64,000 bases of DNA from Blepharisma stoltei ATCC 30299 (GCA_965603825.1 CBFDEM010000052.1:558001-622000), one strand, 5' to 3'; positions 35,613-47,265 are shown, counted from the first letter of the stretch. Notes: a model not told the origin generated them from the sequence alone. Program-made: numbers and translations.

Positions 35613-36206
35613 TAAAGTTAATAGATTTTAAGTATAAAAAAATAAATACGAAAAATAGATTTATTAAATTGGCAGTTTCTCATTGTGTTTTATAATTAAT
35701 TTTTTTATTTTGGATATCTTATCTTATCTTTATGTTTAAAGCGGAAGATTCCGCACTTCTCTCGTTTAAAATCAAAAAATCTAAAACTTCAAACACTTCA
35801 AAAACAACAAAACTCTAACTTCTGTGATAAACCTTAATAGAATTTCAGAAACAGCGCCAGCAACATTAGTTGAAGCATCAATGATGAACCACCCACTCGA
35901 TCCTCCGATGTGAGCCACCAAACAATGCAGACTCTGCCACACCAAGTCCTCCAGTTCCCACAAACTCCATAAGCTTCATCAAATTTCCTCAAACTCTCAC
36001 AAAACTCCTTCAAACTTTTGGCACGAAAATGCGCCCTGTTAAAAATTTAATTATTTATTTTGGATATAAAATAAATCTAGCTTTAATTTATAAGTATATT
36101 TACTTATAGTTTTACTAAAAGTATAGATTCTATTAATTATTTTGAAAATATTATTTTATTTTACCATATTGCCTACAAAAAAATTCCCTCACATATAATT
36201 AAGAAA

Positions 36207-36401
36207 ATGGGCAACACTACAGTAAGACAAGGCTTTACGTCTTTTTTATTCCCCAGCAATTACTCTAGCCCTTTTAACTCAAAATTCACTCCTGCAGTAT
36301 TCCCATGTGAGCAACCCCGCCAAATCAAGATTAACGAAAATACCCCTTCTTTTATGCTTGACGAAGGAAAAGTATGGGCAAGCGCGCTCTATGTCGATTA
36401 A
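36207..36401 (+). CDS. Small hypothetical protein, 64 aa
   Basis: A-rich leader + ATG, raised GC relative to flanks, TAA stop; no recognisable domain. Confidence 0.5.
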   Translation: MGNTTVRQGFTSFLFPSNYSSPFNSKFTPAVFPCEQPRQIKINENTPSFMLDEGKVWASALYVD

Positions 36402-36853
36402 TTAGCTTGCATCAGCCTTCATGATATATTTAACTAATTAGAATGGCTTTTATATTGGTTTATAAAATTAATGTAAGATGGAAGAATATAAAATAAAAGC
36501 AAACTAAACTTAAGCTTAAATTGAGCAAATTCTTAGATTAGGAGTCAAGTTTTATGCAAAAAATCTGTAGAAAGAATATTTAATAAATGGGTAAATGTAT
36601 TAATAAAGTATCCTGCTATAAATTAATTGAATAAGCAACAATGGGGCAGCTAATACTTTTTAATATGCTTTTTATCTGAAGATATTCTTTTTATAGGCAA
36701 GTATTGATTATTGAATCGAAATAATCTAAAAATACAAAAAAATGTTGTGTGTCAGAAAATACAAAAGTTTATAAAATATAAAAATGGGGCGAAAATCATT
36801 AGAAATTAGATTATAAATAACAGTAAATGATAAAACTAAGCAGATAAATTTTA

Positions 36854-37183
36854 TTATTTTTGTATCAAAACTCCTTTGGCTTCATTCACTTTTGTTGCAA
36901 GATAAGTTGATCCTCCATTATCAGGATGGTTTAAAAGCATCAGCCTTTTGTGAGCAGAAAGAATCTTGTCCTCTGGAGCTGACTCTCTGACGCCAAGGAT
37001 TAAAGATGCCTCCCTTCTTGTCATCGGATTTTCAAATGGGCCCATATATAGCTTAGCTCTTGATGAATCCAAGCTTAAGCCTCCTGCTTTTGCTGCTTTT
37101 GACTGTCTGATTGCACGAATAACCACTTTGCTTGAGGCTGCAGCAAATATTAAGCCAAGGCCAATAAGAGCGAAGTGTGACAT
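36854..37183 (-). CDS. PAM18: Mitochondrial import motor J-protein Pam18/Tim14 (DNAJC19)
   Basis: FENPMTRREASLILGV...HKRLMLLNHPDNGGSTYLATKVNEAK. Confidence 0.95.
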   Translation of the reverse strand: MSHFALIGLGLIFAAASSKVVIRAIRQSKAAKAGGLSLDSSRAKLYMGPFENPMTRREASLILGVRESAPEDKILSAHKRLMLLNHPDNGGSTYLATKVNEAKGVLIQK

Positions 37184-37477
37184 TTTATTTATAATTGTTA
37201 TGCTTGAAGTAAAATTATGAGAATTTATATGATTTTTATTAAACTAATCCAAATTTGATGACCCATTACAATTCATTGTTTCAGATAAACTTATGATAGT
37301 CATAAATCAAGGATTCATCAACTAAATATTTAGCAATTTATGAATCAATAAGCCAAATTTATAGTGAGAAAATAATAATCTAACATTATAGCGATATTTA
37401 GATTTTCATCAAAATAATTTCCTGAGAAAATGATTATGCACTTTCCAGCCATTTTTAACAATTTTTCATAATTTGAA

Positions 37478-38383
37478 ATGGAAAGAATCGAGCGATATCA
37501 AAAGATAGAGAAAATCGGAGAAGGCACCTATGGTGTCGTTTACAAGTCCCGAGACCGAAACACAGGAGAAATAGTTGCATTGAAGAAGATCCGACTCGAG
37601 TCAGAAGATGAAGGGGTCCCATCTACAGCAATTCGTGAGATCTCATTGCTCAAAACCTTAAGACACCCAAATGTGGTGAAGCTTCATGACGTGGTTCACA
37701 CAGATCAAAAGTTATACTTGATATTTGAGTTCCTTGACCATGACCTAAAAAAGCATATGAACGTCTTAGGCTCACCATTACCTCCTATGACAGTAAAAAG
37801 TTTCCTATACCAAATCCTTTCTTCATTAGCCTACTGCCACACTCATAGAGTCCTGCATCGGGATTTAAAACCTCAAAACATCCTTATTGATCTACAAGGA
37901 AGTGTCAGACTTGCCGATTTTGGTTTGGCAAGAGCTTTTGGTCTGCCTATTAAAACATATACCCATGAAGTGGTTACACTTTGGTATCGTGCCCCAGAAA
38001 TCCTATTAGGAGCTAGGCAATATTCAACACCTGTAGATATTTGGTCAGTCGGATGCATTTTTGCAGAAATGGCTCAAAAAAGGGCGCTGTTTATGGGAGA
38101 CTCAGAGATTGATCAGCTTTTTAAGATTTTCAGGGTGCTTGGGACGCCATGTGAAGAAACGTTTCCTGGGGTTACAGGGTTTCCTGACTTTAAACCTACT
38201 TTTCCGAAATGGAGAGCGCAGAATATAGCAAGATTTGCTTCAAATCTTGATGAGAATGGCATTGATTTGCTATCAAAAATGGTATGCTATGATCCAGCCA
38301 AAAGAATTTCAGCTAAAGCTGCAATGCTGCATCCATATTTCAATGATCTAGACACTTCGTGCCTAGCTCCATATAATATATAA
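37478..38383 (+). CDS. CDK1: Cyclin-dependent kinase, cdc2/CDK1 (PSTAIRE)
   Basis: [48 protein letters not shown]. Confidence 0.96.
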   Translation: MERIERYQKIEKIGEGTYGVVYKSRDRNTGEIVALKKIRLESEDEGVPSTAIREISLLKTLRHPNVVKLHDVVHTDQKLYLIFEFLDHDLKKHMNVLGSPLPPMTVKSFLYQILSSLAYCHTHRVLHRDLKPQNILIDLQGSVRLADFGLARAFGLPIKTYTHEVVTLWYRAPEILLGARQYSTPVDIWSVGCIFAEMAQKRALFMGDSEIDQLFKIFRVLGTPCEETFPGVTGFPDFKPTFPKWRAQNIARFASNLDENGIDLLSKMVCYDPAKRISAKAAMLHPYFNDLDTSCLAPYNI

Positions 38384-38500
38384 ATAAATTTTATTTATTT
38401 GACATTTTAATGCAGTGTACAATTGAATTTCTCTATTAGAAATTACTAAAACTTAAATAAAACCCACTAAAAATTGAGAAATTTCACTAAAAACGTAAAT

Positions 38501-39133
38501 TTAATCCATCCTAGCTTTTAATGTCCTCGCAGTAATTCCAGCCGGCGTAATGATATAAACTACTGCACCCCACCCTGAAAACGCGTCCCTATCTAAGGCT
38601 GACAACATGCACTGCGACGCCACTTCAAAAAGTTCTTCTGGCTCTAAATCAGGCTTAACAAAGCTTTCACATGCCCCCAGCATCAATTCAGAAGCAGTTC
38701 CAATGCAAAAGAAATTATCTCCATCTGTCATACACCCGATCGAGTCACTAGTCGAAATATAAGGCTCATTATTTTCGTCTAAGCCAGCCACTATTGGCTC
38801 TATGAAATATGGGCCAAATCTTCTGCCATATAGCATATTGGAGATCAGCCATGACAAAGTTTTGGGCTGGATCTGTCGGTTTTCTTTCAAAGTATAGAGA
38901 TTAAGCTTGTACTTCAAGTCGGCACCGATTGTCTGGACGTCTCCTCCTAAGCCGATAAAGCCTGCTACACACTTGTCAGTCATCTTGAAGACACGCTGGA
39001 AAGTTGTGCTGACTGTTTTGTATTGGGCGCCGAGACGACGATCCATTGCAACTGCGACACAGTTTTTGCCTTTGATTGCGAGGACTGAGCCACCGTGGAA
39101 ATTGAAGATATTTGACTATGTTGATCTTACCAT
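38501..39133 (-). CDS. PSMB3: 20S proteasome subunit beta 3, 205 aa
   Basis: ATG (39133-39131), 15-nt intron, then SNIFNFHGGSVLAIKGKNCVAVAMDRRLG...RRFGPYF...DRDAFSGWG...LKARMD. Confidence 0.95.
39116..39130 (-). other. 15-nt intron directly after the start codon (PSMB3)
   Basis: gtaagatcaacatag; unspliced it reads M-V-R-S-T-stop. Confidence 0.92.
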
Positions 39134-39257
39134 CTTGCTAAGTTATTAGAAATATTAGAGGAGAAAATAAATGATAACTGCAAACATGGGAAATTCAGCT
39201 GCTTAAATGACTATTAATAGTTAATTTATCCAAGAAGATTTCTGAGGAGATTTCGTG

Positions 39258-40746
39258 CTATATTCTATTTGACTCATTTTTATCATGCTCGGACAGTTTG
39301 CTAAGCATGATTTCTGTGAACTCGTCAAAATCGATTTCTCCGTCTCCATTTGTATCTGCTTCCCTCAATATATCTAAGAAATCAAAATGATTGCGGTCAT
39401 TACCTCCTAGAGATTGCTTTAACTCGTCAAGAGAAATTTTTCCACTTCCATCAATATCATATACCTTAAAAACTTGGTATAATTTTTCCTTGCTTAAAGC
39501 TTTTCTCCAATTCATAGCGGTAGTCAAAAACTCTGAGTAATCAATATACCCATTATTATCTAAGTCACAATTTGTCATTAATTCATGAACATCCATTTTA
39601 ACTGCCTGATGCACCTTTTTGATGCCTTTAGTTAGTTCTTCTTCGCTTAATTTTCCATCCCCATTTTCATCAAGGGCATGAAAAATTTCCCTGAGATAAG
39701 CGATTTCGACATTTGTGGAAAGATGAGACACTATAAAAGTTAAAGTGGCCTTTTGAAGTTTGTTACTTATATTGAAGGCAATTAAGTTTTTTAAAGATGT
39801 AGATACGATTGGGTTATCTTTTATTGAGTTGTTGGCTCGCTGTTTTATTCAATTATTTTCAAAAACTTCATCTATTGTAGGACGATTTGATGGATTCTTT
39901 TTAAGCATTCATTTAATCAGATCTTTTGCTTCTTTTGAAATCCCATCCCATACAGAAAAATCAAAAGAAACTGGCTTTTCTTGGATTTTTTTATAAAGTG
40001 ATTGCTCGGATTTTGCTTTGTATGGAACAAGGCCTGATAGCATTATGTAAAGAATAATCCCAAGGCTCCATATGTCACATTTATTATCATAGCTTCCTGA
40101 AATCATCTCAGGAGCTGCGAAATAAGAAGTCCCAGTAAATTTAGTAAGTTTTCCGTTTGGTTTTATGAACTGTGAGTGCTTAAACCCAACAATTTTCAGT
40201 TTTGCATCAGCTGACTCGTTTTCAAATAAAATGTTCTCAGGCCTTAAATCTCCATGCACCACGCCAACAGAGTGGCAATGCTTAATTCCAAATATAATTT
40301 CCCTCATAAACTTAGCTGCCTGATTTTCTGAAAAACTTTCCATTTGGCCCATTCTTTCGAATAATTCTCCTCCATAGCTCTGTGACTATGTGCAAGTATA
40401 TTTTATCGTCGTAAACTTCATAAACTTTAATAATATTTGGGTGATCTAATTTTCTCAATACTTCTACTTCATCTAATACTTTATCATTTTTATAGCGATC
40501 ATTTGCATCAACTAAAATAGATTTTATTGCTCGTTGTAAGCCAGTCTTTTTTTCAGTGCCTATTTTGACTTCATAATACCCATCTTCTAATCAAGTATCT
40601 CCAAGCTCATAATTTTTAGTTACTTTACACTCAAAAAATTTTACAAAATTGCCTTGCTTAATACTCATCTTTCTTGAATGAGGCTTTGGCTTGAGTGTTT
40701 TTGTCTTTTTCACTTCTTGATCTTGCTGACTTGTGCAGCAACCCAT
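39258..40746 (-). pseudogene. CDPK-like pseudokinase copy A, frameshifted by a 5-nt deletion near 40374
   Basis: MGCC start, kinase + 4 EF hands; reads gag cta t gga gga where copy B has gag ctt tgc act gga gga; the shifted frame stops at TAA 40312-40314. Confidence 0.78.
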
Positions 40747-41310
40747 ATTTTTTATTCAGCCATCATTTCAGATTTTTTTTATTTTCTCCAAATGGACTTT
40801 TTTGCATGATTTATTTTTATATTGATAAAAATTTGGTCAAAAGCTATGCTTGATATTGAAATTTATGTAAATTTAAATATGATTAATAGTATTAACATTT
40901 TGATGCTTGGTTCCTTATACATAAATAAGACAGCCCAATTTAAGACTTGATTCTGCAATAATAATTTCATAGCTCAATTAAAAAGGAAAAGTAAATATTT
41001 TCATCTCCCATTTATAAAAGGCTTTTTAATAGGGCGAGGATAGGCAGAATGACATTTTATACCTTCAAATCATTTATGAGATCTTAATATTTATATATTT
41101 TGCAAGTTTCTTCTCCCAAGCATTATAAAAGCAAACCATAAATATGTTTCTTACCAAATCTAAATTATTATAATCTAGAAGTTAATAAAGCTTTCTTTAT
41201 CATCTTTATTTCAATCTAAATATTATTAATCAAATGACTCCATAAATTAATAAGTTACAGGGCATATTTAAAAATAAAATTGGCTATAATCTAAAAAGAG
41301 GAAGATTGTT

Positions 41311-42855
41311 TTAACTAATTATTTCTTTTTTATTAAAGAATATTTCGGAAGTAATATGCTTTTTATATTCTATTTCATTCGCATTATCATGCTTAGCCAG
41401 CTTGCTGAGCATGATTTCTGAGAATTCATCAAAATCGATTTCTCCATCTCCATTTGTATCTGCTTCCTTCAATATATCCAATAACTCAAGATGGTTACTA
41501 TCATTGCCTCCCAAAGACTGCTTTAACTCTTCAAGAGAGATTTTCCCACTTCCGTCAATATCATACACCTTAAAAACTTGATATAATTTTTCCTTGCTTA
41601 AAGTTTTTCTCCAATTCATAGCCGCAGCTAAAAATTCTGAGTAATCAATGTATCCATTATTATCAGAGTCACAATTTTTCATCAATTCATGCACATCAAT
41701 TTTCATTAACTGATGATTATTTTCGAAGCCTTTTGTTAGCTCTTCTTCACTTAATTTTCCATCGCCATTTTCATCAAGAGCTTGAAAAATCTCACTAAGA
41801 TGCGCTATTTCTGTATTAGTAGAGAGATAAGATGTTATGAAAGTTAGAGTGGCTTTTTGAAGCTTGTTACATATATTGAAACAGGCTAAATTTGCTAAGG
41901 ATTTGGATACTATTGGATTGTCTTTTATTGAGTTATTAGCTCTCTGCCTTATTCATTTATGCTCAGAAACCTCATCTATTGTAGGACGATTTGATGGTTT
42001 TTTCTTTAGCATCCATTTTATCAAATCTTTAGCTTCTTTGGAAATCCCGTTTCATGCAGAAAATTCAAAAGAAACTGGCTTTTCTTGGATTTTTCTATAA
42101 AGTGATTGTTCAGATTTAGCTTTATATGGAGCTAGGCCTGACAGCATTATGTAAAGGATAATCCCTAAACTTCATATATCACACTTATTATCATAGCTTC
42201 CTAAAATCATTTCAGGAGCTGCGAAATATGAAGTTCCAGTAAATTTCGTTAATTTTCCGTTTGGCTTTATGAATTGCGCCCTTTCAAATCCAACAATTTT
42301 CAGTTTTGCATCAGCTGACTCGTTTTCAAATAAAACGTTCTCAGGCCTTAAATCGCCATGCACCACGCCAACAGAGTGGCAATGCTTAATTCCAAATATA
42401 ATTTCTCTCATAAACTTAGCCGCTTGGTTTTCTGAAAAACTTTCCATTTGGCCCATTTTTTCGAATAATTCTCCTCCAGTGCAAAGCTCTGTAATTATGT
42501 GTAAGTGCAAATTATGATGATAAACTTCGTACACTTTAATAATACTTGGGTGGTCTAATTTTCTCAATACTTCTACTTCACTTAATATATGATCAATTTT
42601 ATAACTGCTATTTGCTCCAACTAAGATAGATTTGATCGCTCGCTGGATGCCGGTCTTTTTTTCTATTCCTGTTCTAAATTCATAGTTTCCATCTTCAAAT
42701 CAAATTTCTCCAAGGTCATAATTTTTAGTTACATCGCATTCTAACAATTTTACAAAATTACCTTGCTTTATGCTCAAATTTCTCCTTTTAGTTTTTGATT
42801 TGATTATTTTTGCTCTCTTTGCTGACTTTACTTGCTGACTTATACAGCAACCCAT
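41311..42855 (-). CDS. CDPK-like pseudokinase copy B (kinase-like domain + 4 EF hands), 514 aa
   Basis: Intact frame with 4 TGA; MGCC acylation motif; ELCTGGELF, HGDLRPEN, KIVGF (no DFG), GTSYFAAPE; EF hands DENGDG, DSDNNG, DIDGSG, DTNGDG. Confidence 0.9.
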
Positions 42856-43455
42856 ATTTTTTATTCAACGATTTAATTATCATTGATATATGACTTCTTC
42901 CCTTCTGCGAATTTCTTATAAAAAATTAATTGTGTTTATTATTCTATAGACATATAAACTTAATCGTTATGGTATATCATAGATGAAGCTAAGGGGCAGA
43001 GTTTAAATTTTACAAAAGCAAGCATGGTTACCAACAGTTGCTGCCTATTGAGTCAATTTTTTTACAACTAAAACAAACCATTTTGTCTGGTGAAGAATTT
43101 AAAAACACAACTAATAATTCAAATTTAAATTTTTTATTGCTTTGGCTAGTCAGTTAAATTAAAAATGGGATTTAGCTCTTATAGAATTAAATATCATTGG
43201 CATGATTATCAAATAATATAATCAGGGTTAAAACTAACACTTAAATTTTTATTGTTAATTACAATTTTATTGGCAAGCTTCAAGTCTTAAGCTAGAGGCA
43301 TCCTTCATACCGCAAAGAGTATGCTAATTCAGATGCAGTCTATCCTCAGTGCACGAATTTTATTGAACTCAGACCTAAGTGGTCTTAAAGTGAAGGATGA
43401 TTCCAGAAGATAGATTAGATTAGATTAAAGAATAAAGCGTTAATAAATTATGTTT

Positions 43456-43980
43456 TTACATTACAAGCCATTTATGAGGCTTATAATATTGAGGGCTTCC
43501 TAAAGTAAGAGTTTTTTCTATGAGCAGGACATAAAAAAATACCATAAAAATGCTTCTTACCCAATATACAATTTCATATCCAGGATGACTCCATAAATTG
43601 ATTACAGTAGTCTCATTCATCACGATTTCAAGCCTCAGCCCTTTTTCCAGCCCAAAAAGTATCAAATGCACAGGAAAAGCCAAAAAAATTGAAAGAAATT
43701 CCCTGCAAAGTATCCCAATAAGGCCAAATCTAAAAAGAAAGGTCTGCCAAACCAAGAAAAACAACCAGCAAATAATGAGCACTTGGATCCCTCCTTGGAT
43801 TCCAAAGAAAATCAAAACTATAATATTCTCAGTCCCACTTGTGTAGTCTTCTTGACCAGGTATTGCGCACTCTCCATAATAAGTATATGCATTTGTAATC
43901 ACATCACAGAGCAAAAGGAAATAAAAGAACATCAGTTTCGCCCCAAATGAACGCGCTTCTACGAGTTCTGCCCTCGCCAT
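43456..43980 (-). CDS. TMEM138: TMEM138-like ciliary membrane protein
   Basis: DVITN, QTFLFRFGLIGILCREF and TLTLGSPQYY...W resemble TMEM138 (DLFVN, NTFVFQAGLV.LL..KF, A.RLGDP.FY...W). Confidence 0.8.
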   Translation of the reverse strand: MARAELVEARSFGAKLMFFYFLLLCDVITNAYTYYGECAIPGQEDYTSGTENIIVLIFFGIQGGIQVLIICWLFFLVWQTFLFRFGLIGILCREFLSIFLAFPVHLILFGLEKGLRLEIVMNETTVINLWSHPGYEIVYWVRSIFMVFFYVLLIEKTLTLGSPQYYKPHKWLVM

Positions 43981-44017
43981 TTATGAATTATTAATTTAAA
44001 TTTTATTTGATTTGTAT

Positions 44018-44971
44018 TTACACAAGTTTCTTTTTAGCCCAGGTTGCTAGTTTTGGCACTTCACTCCAGCGGCTTTCATAGGATTTGCAGCCTAGGACTG
44101 TAACAATTAATTGCGGCTCTGAAGTTTTAGTTCTTACACATAGGCAGGGTCCTGCTTTATAGGTATGCCCAGTTTTTATACCATCAAAACCTTTTCCTAA
44201 TAATTTATTTGTACTTTTTCATGTAACTTTTCTGTCTCCAGAATCAGTATTTTCAATCAAACAAGAATAGCTTTTGGTATTTACAACTGAGCAGAAAAAG
44301 TCATTTTTCAATGCATAAGAAGCTAGTTTGCATACATCCCTCACCGTAGAGAAGTTGGGCTTTATTGACAATCCATGTGGATTTTTAAAATAAGTATTTT
44401 CCAGGTTTAGCTCTTGGGCGAATTCATTCATTCCTTTCACGAACTGCGATATTGGAGGTCCTTCATTTTTAAGTCCACCAAAATATTCAGCTAATGCTAC
44501 AGCAGCGTCATTTCCTGAAGGAAGCATAAGTCCATAAAATAGATCTTTAAGCATAATCTCGTCTTTTTGTTTTAACTTGGCAGTTGTCCCTGTTGTTTCC
44601 GCTGATTTTTTGCTTATTGTGATTTTATTGGAATAGCTTATATTGAGTTCTCCAGCTAATTTAATGCTATAAATGCATGTCATTATTTTGGTAAGACTTG
44701 CTATTTCTCTTTTTTCATCAAACTTGGAGCCATATAGCATTTCTCCAGTATTAGGCTGAAATATTCCTCATGCTTTTGCAGATATATAAGGAGGAATAAG
44801 ATGGATTGGCTTTGGAACCGATTCTGTAGGAGAATATGGTAACAAACTTGAAAGCGCTTTTTTAGGGCTTGGAGTAAGGTTTCTGAAAGACTGTGGTGCA
44901 GCGCGTGGCTTAGAGCGGCTTCTTGCTGAAGAAATACTGGGGAGAAATAAAAAGTTTGATTTCGCTTCCAT
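44018..44971 (-). CDS. D-alanyl-D-alanine carboxypeptidase (peptidase S11, penicillin-binding protein fold), 317 aa
   Basis: IASLTKIMT (SxxK), PSGNDAA (SxN), FKNPHGL, GIKTGHTYKAG (KTG); TGA at 44768 and 44219. Confidence 0.92.
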
Positions 44972-45580
44972 ATTCAACCAAACTTTTCAAAATAATCCAA
45001 GTAAAACTATAATACCGACTTCTTAGTTATAAGGATTCTTATGATGTTTATTAAACTTTATAATAATTTTATTTAAAGTTTAGTCATTTTCTATTTCTTT
45101 CAATAAAAATATTTTAATTTATGTTTAAGCTTAAATTAACCAAAAACAAGTTATGCCAGTAAAAGATTCTACTGTAGAATCTAATTGCGTCATTATGCTT
45201 AAAAAAATGCATAACTGACGAGAAAATTTTCTAGTGGCTGCGATTTTTTATTTTCCAAATTTTCAAAGATTTTACCTAAATAAAAGTCCGATAAACCTTC
45301 ACTATCTTGACCCATCAAAAAAGGATTAATAAGCACTAATGCTTCCTTCCAAATATCAAGGAAAAATAATTACTGATCATAATAAGCACTCGAATATGGC
45401 CATTTTAATAGAGGGATTCCCAACCCTTTTGAAAATAAAGATTTTTTATCTAGAATTTTCTGCATTTTATTGTGGTTTAACCCACTTACTAAATATCAAA
45501 TATCAAAACTCATAAAGAATAATTGATTCTAAATAAGAGATAATTTTAAAGCAATTATCTGCATTGGCAAGCACTTGAAA

Positions 45581-45943
45581 TTACCCAACAGAGTTTAAGA
45601 GATGCAGCATTACAGGAAGCTTAATTTCAGTTGGACAGACTTTTCTACTGTTATCAACAAGCGGTAAGATTGGCAAAGTGCCTTGTGTTGTTTGAAAATT
45701 TAAATTAACATTAGGTGTATCTATGATGCGCCGAGAAAGCAAGAATAAGTCGACTTGCTTATGTTGTGTTTCATTAATTCTAGCTTCAATACTATCTGCT
45801 TCTTCTCTTTCTATCGAAGTAGACTTGTTATTTACTGTACCGATTTTTAAATGTTCTGAATTAATGTGCCTTGCCAATGTGTACTTTGTTTTATAAACTT
45901 TATTGCAGAGCTCATAATAGCATCTGAACACTCTATCTTCCAT
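45581..45943 (-). CDS. Single C2H2 zinc-finger protein
   Basis: FRCYYELCNKVYKTKYTLARHINSEH. Confidence 0.8.
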   Translation of the reverse strand: MEDRVFRCYYELCNKVYKTKYTLARHINSEHLKIGTVNNKSTSIEREEADSIEARINETQHKQVDLFLLSRRIIDTPNVNLNFQTTQGTLPILPLVDNSRKVCPTEIKLPVMLHLLNSVG

Positions 45944-46109
45944 GGTTTTTTATTACGATTTCTCGGTTATATCTAGAAAATATATCTAAAAGTCGTGCTA
46001 TAAATGGTGTAAGACGTAAAACAAAAAAAAAAATTTTCGAGCAGCTAGTAAATTATTAATAGGTTATTTTTGTAAATTATGATAATAGGGCTTGAAAAAA
46101 GGATAAATT

Positions 46110-46667
46110 ATGATTATTTCAAATTTCTTAAAAGATCCTATTATAGCGACTATTCATTTCCCGAAAACTGTTAGAGATATTCCGACTGACATCCAATTTC
46201 CGAGCTGCTCAGCTAATTTCTGTAGGATTAGCACTGTGCAACAGAATCCTGAATACTTGGAAGCGAAGCTCAGAAATTTGAGATCATTTTCACAGAATCA
46301 AGGGGTGCTGCTTTTGGTTTTAGACTTAGAAGATCTACAATGTTTGGAATTTATTAATATAAAATGCTTTGAGTACAATTGCTTACTGCTTGTAGCGGCC
46401 ACTGCCATGGATCTTCAAAAATACATTGAAGGGTTTGCATCAAGACCTAAGCCACAACCGGTTTATAAGGATGCAGGGGATTTTCTAAAACAAATAAAAG
46501 GCGTCAATAAAAGCGATATTAAGAAACTATTGGAGAGATGGGGGACTCTAAGCAAAATTAGTAAACAAAGTGAGCAGGATATGCTGAATGTAAAAGGCAT
46601 AGGCAAAGAAAAAGCGAAGAAGATTTGTAATGTTTTATTTTCTAATTTAACAAGATCTAATAATTAA
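46110..46667 (+). CDS. ERCC1: ERCC1/Rad10-like DNA repair protein (central domain + HhH2)
   Basis: NPEYLEAKL, VLLLVLD, IKGVNKSD..KLL...GTL......DMLNVKGIGKEKAKKI. Confidence 0.75.
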   Translation: MIISNFLKDPIIATIHFPKTVRDIPTDIQFPSCSANFCRISTVQQNPEYLEAKLRNLRSFSQNQGVLLLVLDLEDLQCLEFINIKCFEYNCLLLVAATAMDLQKYIEGFASRPKPQPVYKDAGDFLKQIKGVNKSDIKKLLERWGTLSKISKQSEQDMLNVKGIGKEKAKKICNVLFSNLTRSNN

Positions 46668-46675
46668 TAAATTCT

Positions 46676-47158
46676 CTACAAGGGTCTAAGAATATTAAAA
46701 TTCATCAGCATCATTTTGCTGTAGCGGTCTGGACTTTTAAGTCTTGCCCTCGTTCTGCTTTTTTCTTTTCGTAGGTTTTCCAGGATCCCAGCTCTGTCAA
46801 TCTCCAATTTATGCCCATTTTCGTTTTTCTCCTGGTGCTTGCACTCTTTCGCCATATGTCCTAATTCTCCACACACATAGCATTCAATATCAGCTTTTGC
46901 AGCATTTTTTGAGGTATTAGACGCTTGTGGAAGCTTATTTTTGGGCCCTTTCTTGCTTCATTCAATGTTTATCACGTTTCCCATGATTTCTTTGCCATGC
47001 ATTGCTCCCTTGGCTTGATCTGCAGCTCTGGCTTGTTCAAAATCAATAAAAGCAAAGTTTCCTTTGACGTCTACAGCGCATTTTCCAAATTTGTCAAAAA
47101 TCGCATGAAGGTCTTTTGCAGTCACATTTCTTGAGATATTGCCGATGAATAGACTCAT
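46676..47158 (-). CDS. RRM + CCHC zinc-knuckle SR-like splicing factor (9G8/RSZ-like), 160 aa
   Basis: LFIGNI, KGNFAFIDF, INIE-W(TGA)-SK, CYVCGELGHMAKEC. Confidence 0.88.
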
Positions 47159-47265
47159 GCTAAATTATAATTATATGAATATTAAATTAGAGCTGGGCAA
47201 TTATTATAAGGAAACTAAGGCTTTAACTCTTTAAAATTAATGCCCATTATGTAACAAGATTAAAA

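Noticed and set aside
43325-43355. Hammerhead-like CUGAGGA...GAA on the minus strand
   Set aside because: Lacks GAAA, a proper stem II closing pair and a cleavage-site helix.
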